NCBI GenBank assembly: GCA_035353855.1
Contig: DAOQAK010000009.1
Coordinates: 15,777 to 79,776 of the forward strand
Reading direction: 5' to 3'
DNA from: Bacteroidales bacterium
GTDB taxonomy: Bacteria > Bacteroidota > Bacteroidia > Bacteroidales > CG2-30-32-10
DNA: 64,000 nt
Position numbers and translations under genes: made by a program
The notes under the pieces: model-generated
Database searches by the model: none
What the model saw: the letters and a program-made list of their open reading frames with translations, nothing else
Told to the model about the DNA's origin: nothing
Shown: positions 17,591 through 27,910 of the stretch, piece by piece
Numbering within the stretch: position 1 is the first letter of the stretch
Layout: the number at the start of each line of letters is the position of its first letter

Positions 17591-19990
17591 ATGTGGACTG
17601 TACTTGTTAGATTAATACTAAGGAATAGACCGGGAATTATTATTGTAATTGCTCTTCTAACGGGTTTTATGGCTTACCAGGCATTAACCGTTCAGCTTTC
17701 TTATGAGTTGCCCCGAATGCTTTCATCGGGCGATTCAACGTCAATTAAATATGATATTTTTAAAAGCCGGTTTGGTGAAGACGGGAATGTTTTTGCTGTC
17801 GGAATTAAGAACAATAAAATTTTTGAACTTACACAGTTTAATGCTTTATATGAATTGTGCTCAGAAATAAAGAAAAAAGAAGGTATAGAAGAAGTAGTGT
17901 CAATTACCCGTCTGATCAATATTTATAAAAATGACAGCCTGAAAAAATTTAGCTTTGGGCCCATAGTTCCGGGTAAACTTAAAACACAAGCTGAAGTTGA
18001 TAGTATCCGAAATTTAATTTTCTCTCTTCCATTCTATAAAGGTTTATTATATAATGAGAGCAAAGATGTTTTCCTGTTAGGTATCACACTTGATAAAAAT
18101 AAAATTAACGATAAGAGCAGGGAAGGGTTGATATTTGATATTAAATCAACGATTGATAATTATCAGGTAAAGACCGGAAGTGAAGTCCATTATTCAGGTT
18201 TACCATACATCAGGACACTTACAACACAAAAAATTAAATCAGAGCTTATACTTTTTATTATACTTTCTTTGATTATTGCAGCGATTATCATGATTCTTTT
18301 TTTCAAATCAGCCAAAGTTGTTTTCTCTTCAATGATAATTGTTTTAGTTAGTATTATCTGGACACTTGGAACGCTTTCGCTATTTGGATTTAAAATTACT
18401 ATTCTTACCGGCGCTATTCCTTCGGTGATTACCATAATTGCTATTGAAAATTGTATTTTCCTGATCAATAAATATCATTGGGAATACAAACTTCATGGAA
18501 ATAAAATCAAAGCATTATCAAGGGTTGTAAAACGAATAGGATTTGCTACGCTAATGACCAATTTAACAACAGCTACAGGGTTTGCTGCTTTTGTTTTCAC
18601 TTCTAATGTAATGTTACGCGAATTTGGAATCGTAGCATCAATTAATGTAATGATCGAGTATTTATTGTCGCTTGCGTTAATACCAATTCTGTTCAGCTAT
18701 TGGGCACCACCTAAAGAAAAACATGTTGAACATTTGGAAAATAAAAAAGTTGTAAAGGTTATTGAAACTATAAAATCGTTGGTTTTTAACAGGCGGGGTA
18801 TTGTTTATATTATTACAACGCTTTTTGTAGTGGTTTGTATATTTGGAACTACCTTTATGAAGACTTCAGGAAAATTGGTTGATGATATCAAATCTTCTGA
18901 CCCGATATTTGTTGACCTTAAATTTCTTGAAAAGAACTTTAATGGTGTAATGCCTTTTGAAATATGCATTGATACAAAAAAGAAAAACGGGGTAATGAAG
19001 TTATCAACGATTAATAAAATTAATAAACTTCAACAGGAGATCGATAGTTTTCCCCAGTTTTCAAAAGCATTATCCCTTGCTGAATTTGTGAAATTTGCCA
19101 AGCAGGCATTTTATAATGGCGACTCATCGTTTTATAAAATTCCCAACAATAATGAAAAAGATTTTATTTTATCATATCTTCCAACGAATATAAAAGGTAA
19201 GAAAAACCTGATGCATTCTTTTCTCGATAGTACGAAACGTTATACACGAATAAGTGTTCAAATGAAAGATGTGGGAAGTAAAGAAATGAAGCTTATTGAA
19301 TCTAAATTAAGACCTAAGATTGATTCCATTTTTAATCCTAAAAAATTCGATGTTACCATTACCGGAAATAGCGTGGTATTTACAAAAGGAACCGATTTTT
19401 TAATTCGTAATCTTTGGGAAAGCTTAATCATAGGAATACTTATAATATCAGTTTTGGTTGCGATTGTATTCTCTTCATATCGTATGGTTGTTATTGCAAT
19501 GATATGTAACCTGATACCTTTGCTCGTAACTGCTGCAATAATGGGGTATGCAAGTATTCCCGTAAAACCATCAACATTAATAGTTTTTAGTATTGCATTG
19601 GGAATTTCAATTGATAATGCCTTGCTATTTTTGTCGAAATACAGGCATGAACTGAAAACAAATGAAGGAAATATTAAACTTGCTGTTTCTAATGCTTTAA
19701 GCGAAACAGGTATCAGTATGATTTATGCTTCCATTGTTCTTGTAATGGGTTTTGCTGTATTCTCGGTATCAGAATTTGGAGGAACGCAAGCATTGGGCAT
19801 GTTGATTTCGATAACTTTATTTGTTGCGCTTTTCTTTAATATTATTGTTTTGCCTTCACTCATAATTACTCTTGATAAAATCATTACCACAAGATCATTC
19901 AGAAAACCAATCATTGAAATTTACGATGTTGAAGTTACTGACGATAATAATGATGAGATGCTTTCGGAAGAGTTAAAAGAAAAAAACTAA
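17591..19990 (+). CDS. RND-superfamily exporter (MMPL/COG1033-like; two 6-TM sterol-sensing-type bundles)
   Basis: 799 aa with two hydrophobic bundles separated by a soluble region; typical MMPL/HpnN-like topology. Confidence 0.65.
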   Translation: MWTVLVRLILRNRPGIIIVIALLTGFMAYQALTVQLSYELPRMLSSGDSTSIKYDIFKSRFGEDGNVFAVGIKNNKIFELTQFNALYELCSEIKKKEGIEEVVSITRLINIYKNDSLKKFSFGPIVPGKLKTQAEVDSIRNLIFSLPFYKGLLYNESKDVFLLGITLDKNKINDKSREGLIFDIKSTIDNYQVKTGSEVHYSGLPYIRTLTTQKIKSELILFIILSLIIAAIIMILFFKSAKVVFSSMIIVLVSIIWTLGTLSLFGFKITILTGAIPSVITIIAIENCIFLINKYHWEYKLHGNKIKALSRVVKRIGFATLMTNLTTATGFAAFVFTSNVMLREFGIVASINVMIEYLLSLALIPILFSYWAPPKEKHVEHLENKKVVKVIETIKSLVFNRRGIVYIITTLFVVVCIFGTTFMKTSGKLVDDIKSSDPIFVDLKFLEKNFNGVMPFEICIDTKKKNGVMKLSTINKINKLQQEIDSFPQFSKALSLAEFVKFAKQAFYNGDSSFYKIPNNNEKDFILSYLPTNIKGKKNLMHSFLDSTKRYTRISVQMKDVGSKEMKLIESKLRPKIDSIFNPKKFDVTITGNSVVFTKGTDFLIRNLWESLIIGILIISVLVAIVFSSYRMVVIAMICNLIPLLVTAAIMGYASIPVKPSTLIVFSIALGISIDNALLFLSKYRHELKTNEGNIKLAVSNALSETGISMIYASIVLVMGFAVFSVSEFGGTQALGMLISITLFVALFFNIIVLPSLIITLDKIITTRSFRKPIIEIYDVEVTDDNNDEMLSEELKEKN

Positions 19991-20037
19991 ATTCGTTAAA
20001 ACATAAAACTGATTTTTTATTTAATTAAATTGAGAAA

Positions 20038-20895
20038 ATGAAAGGAATAATACTTGCCGGTGGTTCCGGTACAAGGCTGCACCCTTTGACTATTGCTGTA
20101 AGTAAACAGTTGATGCCGATATATGACAAACCAATGGTTTATTACCCGTTATCAGTGCTGATGATGGCTGGAATAAAAGAGATTCTTATTATTTCCACAC
20201 CACATGATCTACCGGGTTTTAAAAAACTACTTGGCGATGGAAGTAATTTAGGTTGCAAATTTGAATTTGCTGAACAAGCTATTCCCAATGGACTTGCACA
20301 GGCTTTCGTTATTGGAGAAAAATTTATTGGAAAAGAGAAAGTTGCATTAATTCTTGGTGATAATATTTTTTATGGAACGGATCTTCCGAAATTGATCCAG
20401 GAAAATAATAACCCTGAAGGTGGTGTCGTATTTGCGTATCATGTGTCTGATCCTGAACGATACGGTGTTGTTGAGTTTGATGAAAACAGGAAAGCAATAT
20501 CAATTGAAGAAAAACCGAAACAACCTAAGTCGAACTTTGCTGTTCCCGGTTTATATTTTTATGATAATTCAGTTGTTGAAGTTGCCAAGAAAATTAAGCC
20601 AAGCCCCAGGGGTGAATATGAAATTACCGATGTGAATAAACATTATCTGGATGAAGGTAAATTAAAAGTAGGAATACTAAGTCGTGGAACAGCATGGCTT
20701 GATACCGGTACTTTTAGCTCGTTATTACAGGCATCGCAATTTGTACAGGTTATTGAAGAAAGGCAGGGTTTGAAAATAGGCTGCATTGAAGAAGTTGCAT
20801 ATCGCATGGGGTTTATTGATGCAGCACAACTTGAAAAAGTTGCCCAACCTTTATTAAAAAGTGGATATGGGCATTACCTGATGAATTTACTTTGA
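20038..20895 (+). CDS. rfbA: glucose-1-phosphate thymidylyltransferase
   Basis: [19 protein letters not shown]-terminus and overall RmlA/RfbA similarity; 285 aa. Confidence 0.85.
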   Translation: MKGIILAGGSGTRLHPLTIAVSKQLMPIYDKPMVYYPLSVLMMAGIKEILIISTPHDLPGFKKLLGDGSNLGCKFEFAEQAIPNGLAQAFVIGEKFIGKEKVALILGDNIFYGTDLPKLIQENNNPEGGVVFAYHVSDPERYGVVEFDENRKAISIEEKPKQPKSNFAVPGLYFYDNSVVEVAKKIKPSPRGEYEITDVNKHYLDEGKLKVGILSRGTAWLDTGTFSSLLQASQFVQVIEERQGLKIGCIEEVAYRMGFIDAAQLEKVAQPLLKSGYGHYLMNLL

Positions 20896-21010
20896 TAAAA
20901 AATTTTCGTTAAAATAATTTTACATTAAATATTTGATTGCTGAAATTAAAAGGATTAATTTTGATTTCTATATTATATAAAACAAGATTAATCTTAAATT
21001 TTATTATTGA

Positions 21011-21949
21011 ATGAGAAAGATACTGATTACAGGAGGCGCAGGATTCATAGGGAGTGCATTAACAGAAAAATTGCTTGAAGATTCTGAAAATTTTATTGTT
21101 GTTGTTGATAATCTTACAACAGGTGAAATGATAAAGTTACCAGTTGCTCCAAAAACTAAATTATGTTTTATTAAGTGCGATGTGAACTCTTACATGGATA
21201 TTTCATCCATCATGCAAAATTATCATTTCGATTTTGTATTTCATTATGCTGCAATGGTGGGAGTTCAGCGTACACAACAGCATCCGGTAAAAGTGCTTAG
21301 TGATATTAAAGGAATTGAAAATATTTTACTTCTTAGTAAGAATACAGGGGTAAAAAGAGTATTCTTCTCTTCTTCTTCCGAAGTATATGGAGAACCCATG
21401 GAATTACCGCAAAATGAAAAAACGACTCCTTTAAATTCGAGGATCCCTTATGCTGTGGTAAAGAATGCAGGTGAAGCATTTCTCCGTTCATATAAAAAAG
21501 AATATGATCTGGATTATACTATTTTCCGTTTTTTCAACACTTATGGTCCAAAGCAAAGTATTGATTTTGTAATGTCGCGGTTTATCGCCATGGCATTGAA
21601 AGATCAGAATATAACAATATTTGGTGATGGAAAACAAACACGAACTTTCTGTTATATCGATGACAATATTGATGCATGCGTAAATGCATTTTATGAAGAT
21701 AAAGTTGTAAATGATATTATGAATGTTGGAGGTGATATAGAAATTACAATTCTTGAACTTGCAGAAAAAATAATTAAAATTTCCGGTTCAAAATCAAAAA
21801 TAATTCATTTGCCTGCACTTGAAGAAGGGGATATGCTTCGCAGATATCCTGATGTTACTAAAATGCACGCTATTCTGAAAAGACAGCCTTATTCTATGGA
21901 AGAAGGAATAAAAAAAATCCTTGAAAACACTCAATATATTATCAGGTAA
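21011..21949 (+). CDS. NAD-dependent epimerase/dehydratase (extended SDR; UDP-glucuronate decarboxylase / dTDP-glucose 4,6-dehydratase-like)
   Basis: GGAGFIGS Rossmann motif and YxxxK (YAVVK) catalytic pair. Confidence 0.75.
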   Translation: MRKILITGGAGFIGSALTEKLLEDSENFIVVVDNLTTGEMIKLPVAPKTKLCFIKCDVNSYMDISSIMQNYHFDFVFHYAAMVGVQRTQQHPVKVLSDIKGIENILLLSKNTGVKRVFFSSSSEVYGEPMELPQNEKTTPLNSRIPYAVVKNAGEAFLRSYKKEYDLDYTIFRFFNTYGPKQSIDFVMSRFIAMALKDQNITIFGDGKQTRTFCYIDDNIDACVNAFYEDKVVNDIMNVGGDIEITILELAEKIIKISGSKSKIIHLPALEEGDMLRRYPDVTKMHAILKRQPYSMEEGIKKILENTQYIIR

Positions 21950-22931
21950 AAACATCATGCACACTGCTGAAATATTATTCGAAAAAGTTAAAGAAGCTTT
22001 AAAAACAGTTGATCTAAACGGAAGACCTAACGAATTATATGTCCCGATAAGTTATACGCTAAGCCTTGGAGGCAAACGCATACGTCCGGTATTAGTTCTG
22101 CTTACTTGTGAAATGTTTGAAGGAAATCTTGAATCGGCAATATATCCGGCAATTGCTATTGAGGTATTTCATAATTTTACTTTGCTTCATGATGATATCA
22201 TGGATAACGCGCCTATACGCAGGGGGAAAGAAACTGTGTTTAAAAAATGGAATGCAAATATTGCCATTCTTTCGGGCGATACTATGTTTGCACTTGCGTA
22301 TAAATATTTGATCAAAACAGAAAAAGAAAATTTAAATAACATACTCGAGATATTTACCAATGCTGCAATTGAGGTTTGTGAAGGTCAGCAGTACGACATG
22401 AATTTCGAAACGATCGATAATGTTAGCGTTGAAGATTATATAGAAATGATTCGGTTAAAAACAGCGGTGCTGATTGCTGCAAGTATGAAAACAGGCGCTG
22501 TTATTGGTAAAGCAAAAAAACAGGATGCCGAAAATATTTACAAGTTTGGTGAATATATCGGTCTTGCCTTTCAATTACAGGATGATTTGCTTGATGTTTA
22601 TGCCGACCAGGATAAATTCGGAAAGAAGATTGGCGGCGATATTGTTACAAACAAAAAAACATACCTGTACATAAAAGCCTTGCAGGATGCTAAAGGTGAC
22701 GATTTAAAAAAGTTGCAGCATTATTTTTCTTCAACCGATTTTAATGCTGAAGAAAAAGTAAATGCTGTAAAAAAAATATATGATAATATTGGTGTTCGAG
22801 AAGCCACGGTGAAGCTGATAAATCAATATTATGAAAAGGCATTGGAATACTTCAAAATGATTAATGTTCCTGAAGAGAGAAAAAATGTTTTAAAAAAATT
22901 CACCGATCAAATGATGCAACGTGATTTTTAA
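21921..22931 (+). CDS. polyprenyl (isoprenyl) diphosphate synthase
   Basis: Two Asp-rich motifs (LLHDDIMD, FQLQDDLLD). The true start may be Met at 21957. Confidence 0.8.
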   Translation: MKTLNILSGKNIMHTAEILFEKVKEALKTVDLNGRPNELYVPISYTLSLGGKRIRPVLVLLTCEMFEGNLESAIYPAIAIEVFHNFTLLHDDIMDNAPIRRGKETVFKKWNANIAILSGDTMFALAYKYLIKTEKENLNNILEIFTNAAIEVCEGQQYDMNFETIDNVSVEDYIEMIRLKTAVLIAASMKTGAVIGKAKKQDAENIYKFGEYIGLAFQLQDDLLDVYADQDKFGKKIGGDIVTNKKTYLYIKALQDAKGDDLKKLQHYFSSTDFNAEEKVNAVKKIYDNIGVREATVKLINQYYEKALEYFKMINVPEERKNVLKKFTDQMMQRDF

Positions 22932-23844
22932 TAAAAAAATTATATTTGTTGTCATTCTTTTAATCCTTCGATTTTCGGCATTGTCACAGCCTTTCGTTGA
23001 TATTGTGAATTTAAGATATTCTCGTTTTCCTCAAACTGATTTTAAAGATTATTCAAATTATCACTCATCAACCAATCAGTATACTGCTGAACTTTTTGCG
23101 CCAATTCAATTAAAATCGAAGGATGTAATTCTTGTTGGTGCTTCGTACGATTACCTTAATTTTTATTTACATGAAGATTCAAGTAATCTGAAAATCAATA
23201 GCGACAATCTTTGCCAGTTTTCACTTCAATTGGGGATGATAAAAAAATTAGGAAAAGAAAGTAAATGGAGTACTACATTGCTTGCCATTCCTAAGATTAG
23301 CGAATGCAATGATAACATGGCTTTTGATAAAGAATGTTTTCAAATGGGTGGTGCTGTTTTGTTTGTATATAAAAAGAAAAATAGTTTGAAATATAAATTT
23401 GGTTTGTTTTATAACCGTGAATTTTTTGGAAATTATTTTATGCCTTTGGCTGGAATTGATTGGAAAATCAGTAGTCGCATGTATTTGTTCGGAGTACTTC
23501 CGGGCGCAATGAATTTTGAATATAAAATTTGTGATAAGTTTTATACGGGTCTTGGATATAAGAGCAATACTGCTTCTTACAGGTTATATGAAAACCATTA
23601 CATACGTGAAGGTGATAAATTTTGGGGACATAATATGCTCCGAAATTTTTATCAGTATTATATCACAAAACAAATAATGCTATACGGAGAAATCGGTTAT
23701 ACAGGCTTCAGAATATTTGAAGAGTATAATGATGAAAATAAAATTGACAATACACGTTTTGTTTTTCAGAAAACAAAAGATCATTTTTATTTTGATGCCG
23801 GAATTGCTTTTCGTCTACGCTTAGATAAAGATTACGAAGATTAA
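22921..23844 (+). CDS. hypothetical secreted/outer-membrane protein
   Basis: Signal peptide, aromatic-rich beta-strand-like composition; family unknown. Confidence 0.45.
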   Translation: MIFNKKIIFVVILLILRFSALSQPFVDIVNLRYSRFPQTDFKDYSNYHSSTNQYTAELFAPIQLKSKDVILVGASYDYLNFYLHEDSSNLKINSDNLCQFSLQLGMIKKLGKESKWSTTLLAIPKISECNDNMAFDKECFQMGGAVLFVYKKKNSLKYKFGLFYNREFFGNYFMPLAGIDWKISSRMYLFGVLPGAMNFEYKICDKFYTGLGYKSNTASYRLYENHYIREGDKFWGHNMLRNFYQYYITKQIMLYGEIGYTGFRIFEEYNDENKIDNTRFVFQKTKDHFYFDAGIAFRLRLDKDYED

Positions 23845-25172
23845 TGTGGAAGAAAAATAAATACCTGGTAATTCAGAAAGGCGACAAGAAAGTTATCCGT
23901 GGCTGGGTAATGTACGACTGGGCCAATTCTGTTTACCAGCTTACAATAGCTTCTGCAATTTTTCCAATATATTATAATCAGGTTACACGAAACGGAAACG
24001 ATTTTACAATTGATTTCTTTGGACTTCATGTAATAAATACGGTTCTTTATTCATGGGCAATTGCGGCTGCTTATCTTTTGGTTGCATTGTTTTCGCCGCT
24101 TTTTTCATCAATTGCAGACTACACAGGAAGAAGAAAATCGTTCATGAAATTTTTCACATGGCTTGGAGCTTTATCATGCGGAATGCTTTTCTTCTTTGAT
24201 AAACAACATATCGAACTTGGAATAATTGCTTTTACGCTTGGAACAGTGGGGTATGGGGCAAGCCTAGTTTTTTATAATTCTTTTTTACCGGTTATTGCTG
24301 AAGAAAAAGATCAGGATAAGATCAGTGCAAGAGGCTATTCAATGGGCTATCTGGGAGGTGTTATCCTTCTTGTTATAAATCTTGTAATCGTATTATTTCC
24401 CGCTTTGTTTGGAATTACAGATAATTTGTTGCCGGCAAAAATTTCTTTCATGTCTGTGTTCCTTTGGTGGATAGGTTTTTCACAAATTACTTTTAATCGT
24501 TTACCTCGATATACTTTTGGACACAGAAAAAAAGGGACAAAATCGAATGTGATACTTAATGGCTATAAAGAGCTTCGGATTGTTTTTAACCAGGTAAGAA
24601 AATCATTCAGATTAAGTATTTTCCTGCTCGGCTATTTCTTTATTACCATGGGTTTGCTGACAGTTATGTTCATGGCCGCAACTTACGGTGAAAAACAATT
24701 AAAGCTTAGTGAAGAAATTCTAATCTCAACAATTTTGGTGATACAATTAATTGGAATGCTTGGAGCGTGGCTGTTTGCAAGGATTTCAGGGAAGATAGGA
24801 AATATTAAAGCTTTGATTATTTCGGTAATAGGATGGATTTTTATATGTATTGGCGCGTATTTAATTACTGATGCCATCGGTTTTATAACTGTTGCATTCT
24901 TTGTCGGATTGGTAATGGGAGGCTCGCAATCGCTTGCCAGATCAACGTATTCGAAGATGCTGCCCGAAACAAAAGACCATACTTCATTCTTCAGCTTTTA
25001 TGATGTGATGGAAAAACTGGCTACAGTTGCAGGAACATTCAGCTTCGGGTTTATTGAAGCAATAACAGGAAGCATGCGTAATTCAATATTAGCGATAATT
25101 TTATTTTTTGTAATCGGACTTATCTTTTTCCTTTTTATTGTAAGAACAAAATCACAGGAGCCCCAACTCTAA
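23844..25172 (+). CDS. MFS transporter (UMF1/Atg22-like)
   Basis: 12 predicted TM helices, YDWANS motif at the N-terminus typical of Atg22-like MFS permeases. Confidence 0.65.
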   Translation: MWKKNKYLVIQKGDKKVIRGWVMYDWANSVYQLTIASAIFPIYYNQVTRNGNDFTIDFFGLHVINTVLYSWAIAAAYLLVALFSPLFSSIADYTGRRKSFMKFFTWLGALSCGMLFFFDKQHIELGIIAFTLGTVGYGASLVFYNSFLPVIAEEKDQDKISARGYSMGYLGGVILLVINLVIVLFPALFGITDNLLPAKISFMSVFLWWIGFSQITFNRLPRYTFGHRKKGTKSNVILNGYKELRIVFNQVRKSFRLSIFLLGYFFITMGLLTVMFMAATYGEKQLKLSEEILISTILVIQLIGMLGAWLFARISGKIGNIKALIISVIGWIFICIGAYLITDAIGFITVAFFVGLVMGGSQSLARSTYSKMLPETKDHTSFFSFYDVMEKLATVAGTFSFGFIEAITGSMRNSILAIILFFVIGLIFFLFIVRTKSQEPQL

Positions 25173-25475
25173 TTTTGCTGTATCGCTCATCATATCTTCG
25201 TTCCAGGGTGGATCGAAAGTTAAAACAACATCAACATCTGTTAGCCCTTCAATTTCTTTTATTCTGTCGTGAACTTCAAGTGGAAGTGAATCGGCAACAG
25301 GGCAATTAGGCGCTGTTACGGTCATTAAGATATGTGCAACTTTATTTTCATCAATACGAATTTCATAAATCATTCCCATTTCATAAATACTGACGGGTAT
25401 TTCAGGGTCGTAAATAGTTTTTAAAGTATCAACAATTTTACTTTCCAGTTCTAGAAAAATTTTTTGTTCAGTCAT
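25152..25475 (-). CDS. SUF-system-associated DUF59 (MIP18/SufT-like) Fe-S assembly protein
   Basis: 107 aa; YDPEIPVSIYEMG...VTAPNCP...DPPW signature of the DUF59 family; terminal gene of the suf cluster. Confidence 0.75.
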   Translation of the reverse strand: MTEQKIFLELESKIVDTLKTIYDPEIPVSIYEMGMIYEIRIDENKVAHILMTVTAPNCPVADSLPLEVHDRIKEIEGLTDVDVVLTFDPPWNEDMMSDTAKLELGLL

Positions 25476-25584
25476 CGTTTAATGTTGTTTAAAATACTTT
25501 GGGTAACTTAGTGTCTTTGCGACTTAGTGGCATTTTCGCCACGAAGACCTAAGGACACTATGTTTTCACTAAGTTAAAATATAA

Positions 25585-26016
25585 TTATGAATCTTGTGTA
25601 TATTTTGTTTTAAAAGCCAATGCATAAAGTTTCATTTGCTTGATCATGGATGTAAGTCCGTTGGAACGGGTAGGAGAAAGGTGTTCGCGCAGTCCTATTT
25701 GATCAACGAATTCTAAATTTGAATTGAGAATATCAACAGGCGTTTGTCCTGATAAAACACGAATCAGCAAACCTACAATCCCTTTGGTAATTATTGCATC
25801 GCTATCAGCTTCAAAAAATATTTTTCCATCTTTATACGTTGCATGCAGCCACACTTTGCTCTGGCAGCCGGATATGACATACTGCTCGGTTTTATATTGT
25901 TCATCAATCAGCGGAAGTGTTTTTCCAAGCTCAATCAAATAATTGTATTTATCAAGCCATTCATCAAACTGCCCGAATTCATTGATAATTTCGTTTTCTA
26001 TTTCTTCAATTTTCAT
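25585..26016 (-). CDS. sufE: SufE-family sulfur acceptor protein
   Basis: 143 aa; conserved Cys context ISGCQSKVWL. Confidence 0.75.
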   Translation of the reverse strand: MKIEEIENEIINEFGQFDEWLDKYNYLIELGKTLPLIDEQYKTEQYVISGCQSKVWLHATYKDGKIFFEADSDAIITKGIVGLLIRVLSGQTPVDILNSNLEFVDQIGLREHLSPTRSNGLTSMIKQMKLYALAFKTKYTQDS

Positions 26017-26071
26017 ATACTAATCAAATTTTCACCACTAAGACACTTAGAGCACTTAGGTTCACTTAGTA

Positions 26072-26485
26072 TTATTCTTTAGGTAATAAAGAAAATTCTT
26101 CAGTAACCATGGGTACTAAATCTTGTGTGATATTAATCGTGTTAAAATTAATTAATAATCCTTTTGGTTTTCCGGCAAGTTTTAGATAAGACAGAAGTTG
26201 TGCCTTGTACACCGGAATTATTGCTTCAACAGATTTAATTTCTACTATAATTAAATCATTTACTAAAATATCAAGTTTTAATATTCCTCCTAAATCTTTA
26301 CCCTTATATATAACAGGAACGTAAACCTGTGATTTAACATTTAATCCTGCAGATAATAATTCATCAATAAAACAACTTTCATAAACTGATTCTAATAATC
26401 CGGGACCGATATTTTTATGAACTTCAATTGCACACCCTACTATTTTATATGCAATATCATTAATATATTTTTGAGTGATGATCAT
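26072..26485 (-). CDS. GxxExxY protein (PD-(D/E)XK-like, family often found in 23S rRNA intervening sequences) inserted between sufS and sufE
   Basis: 137 aa; GPGLLESVYE... and DLIIVEIKSV core; flanked on both sides by CACTAAG/CTTAGTG heptamer repeats. Confidence 0.8.
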   Translation of the reverse strand: MIITQKYINDIAYKIVGCAIEVHKNIGPGLLESVYESCFIDELLSAGLNVKSQVYVPVIYKGKDLGGILKLDILVNDLIIVEIKSVEAIIPVYKAQLLSYLKLAGKPKGLLINFNTINITQDLVPMVTEEFSLLPKE

Positions 26486-26553
26486 TTTATCTTAGTGTTT
26501 CTGAGTGTCAGCCATGGCGGATTAGTGTCTAAGTGGTTAAGAAATATAAACAA

Positions 26554-27771
26554 TTATTCCAACATATCTTTTGCTTTTTTAATACCTTCTATTAAAATAT
26601 CAACTTCTTCTTTTGTGTTATACAATGCGAATGATGCACGTACTGTTCCGGGAATTTTATAAAAATCCATCACGGGTTGTGCGCAATGATGTCCTGTTCT
26701 TACAGCAATACCAAGCTTGTCAAGGATAGTTCCCAAGTCGTAAGGATGAATATTGCCAATAAGAAATGATGCAACACCTTTCTTTTCCTTAGCATTCCCG
26801 ATAAATCGCAAACCTTCAATTTCAGAAAGTTTTTTATTTGCATAGGTAAGTAATTCATCTTCGTAATTGAAAATATTTTCCAGCCCTATGTTTGTCAGAT
26901 ATTTTATTGCAGTCTCCAAACCCAGGCCATCACCCACGTTTGGCGTGCCTGCTTCAAATTTAAAAGGCAGTTCGTTGTAAGTTGTTCTTTCAAAAGTTAC
27001 TTCTTTTATCATTTCACCGCCGCCCTGGTAAGGAGGTAATTCTTCAAGCCATTTTTCTTTTCCGTACAAAACACCCACGCCCATTGGCGCATACATTTTA
27101 TGACCGGAGAAACAATAAAAATCACAATCCAAATCCTGAACATCAACCTTCATGTGTGGCAATGACTGTGCACCATCCACAAGGACAGGAATATTTTTCT
27201 GATGTGCTTTTTTGATAATTTCTTTAACTGGATTTACTGTCCCTAATGCATTTGAAACATGAGTTATTGCAACAATTTTAACTTTTTCGTTTAATAACTT
27301 TTCAAAAGCATCCATTTGTAATTCTCCGTTTTCATCAAATGGAATGACTTTTAGTTTTGCAATTTTTTCTTCGCAACCTATTTGCCAGGGAACGATATTA
27401 GAGTGATGTTCCATTGCAGTGATTAAAACTTCATCGCCTGCTTTCAGAAATTTTTTAATGAACGACGAAGCCACAAGATTGATGGATTCTGTAGTTCCAC
27501 GAGTAAAAATTATTTCATGCGATTTTTCCGCATTAATGAATTGCTGAACAGTTTTGCGTGCTTCCTCATAAGCTGTAGTAGCCTGCTGACTCAGGTAGTG
27601 CACTCCGCGATGAATATTGCTGTTTTGTTTTTCGTAATAATTTTTCAGCGTTTCAATTACACAATTTGGTTTTTGTGTAGTGGCAGCATTATCAAAGTAA
27701 ACAAGAGGTTTCTTGTAAATGATTTGATGCAGCGCAGGAAAATCTTCTCTTATTTTTTTTATATCAAACAT
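26554..27771 (-). CDS. sufS: cysteine desulfurase SufS
   Basis: 405 aa class V aminotransferase; PLP-Lys in SGHKMYAP, active-site RTGHHCAQP. Confidence 0.85.
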   Translation of the reverse strand: MFDIKKIREDFPALHQIIYKKPLVYFDNAATTQKPNCVIETLKNYYEKQNSNIHRGVHYLSQQATTAYEEARKTVQQFINAEKSHEIIFTRGTTESINLVASSFIKKFLKAGDEVLITAMEHHSNIVPWQIGCEEKIAKLKVIPFDENGELQMDAFEKLLNEKVKIVAITHVSNALGTVNPVKEIIKKAHQKNIPVLVDGAQSLPHMKVDVQDLDCDFYCFSGHKMYAPMGVGVLYGKEKWLEELPPYQGGGEMIKEVTFERTTYNELPFKFEAGTPNVGDGLGLETAIKYLTNIGLENIFNYEDELLTYANKKLSEIEGLRFIGNAKEKKGVASFLIGNIHPYDLGTILDKLGIAVRTGHHCAQPVMDFYKIPGTVRASFALYNTKEEVDILIEGIKKAKDMLE

Positions 27772-27790
27772 GAATCTGTACTATTTTTTA

Positions 27791-27866
27791 CCACTAAGGC
27801 ACTAAGTTCACTAAGGCTCACTAAGTTTTTTCTAAGTGTATCTAAGTGTTCTTAGTGTCTAAGTGG
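27791..27866. repeat. imperfect palindrome built from four CACTAAG heptamers followed by four CTAAGTG/CTTAGTG heptamers, inside the suf operon between sufD and sufS
   Basis: ccACTAAGgCACTAAGttCACTAAGgctCACTAAGtttttt CTAAGTGtat CTAAGTGtt CTTAGTGt CTAAGTGg read directly. Confidence 0.8.
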
Positions 27867-27910
27867 TTTATTTTTTAATATTTTTATAACTTCAAACTCT
27901 AAACAAAAAA

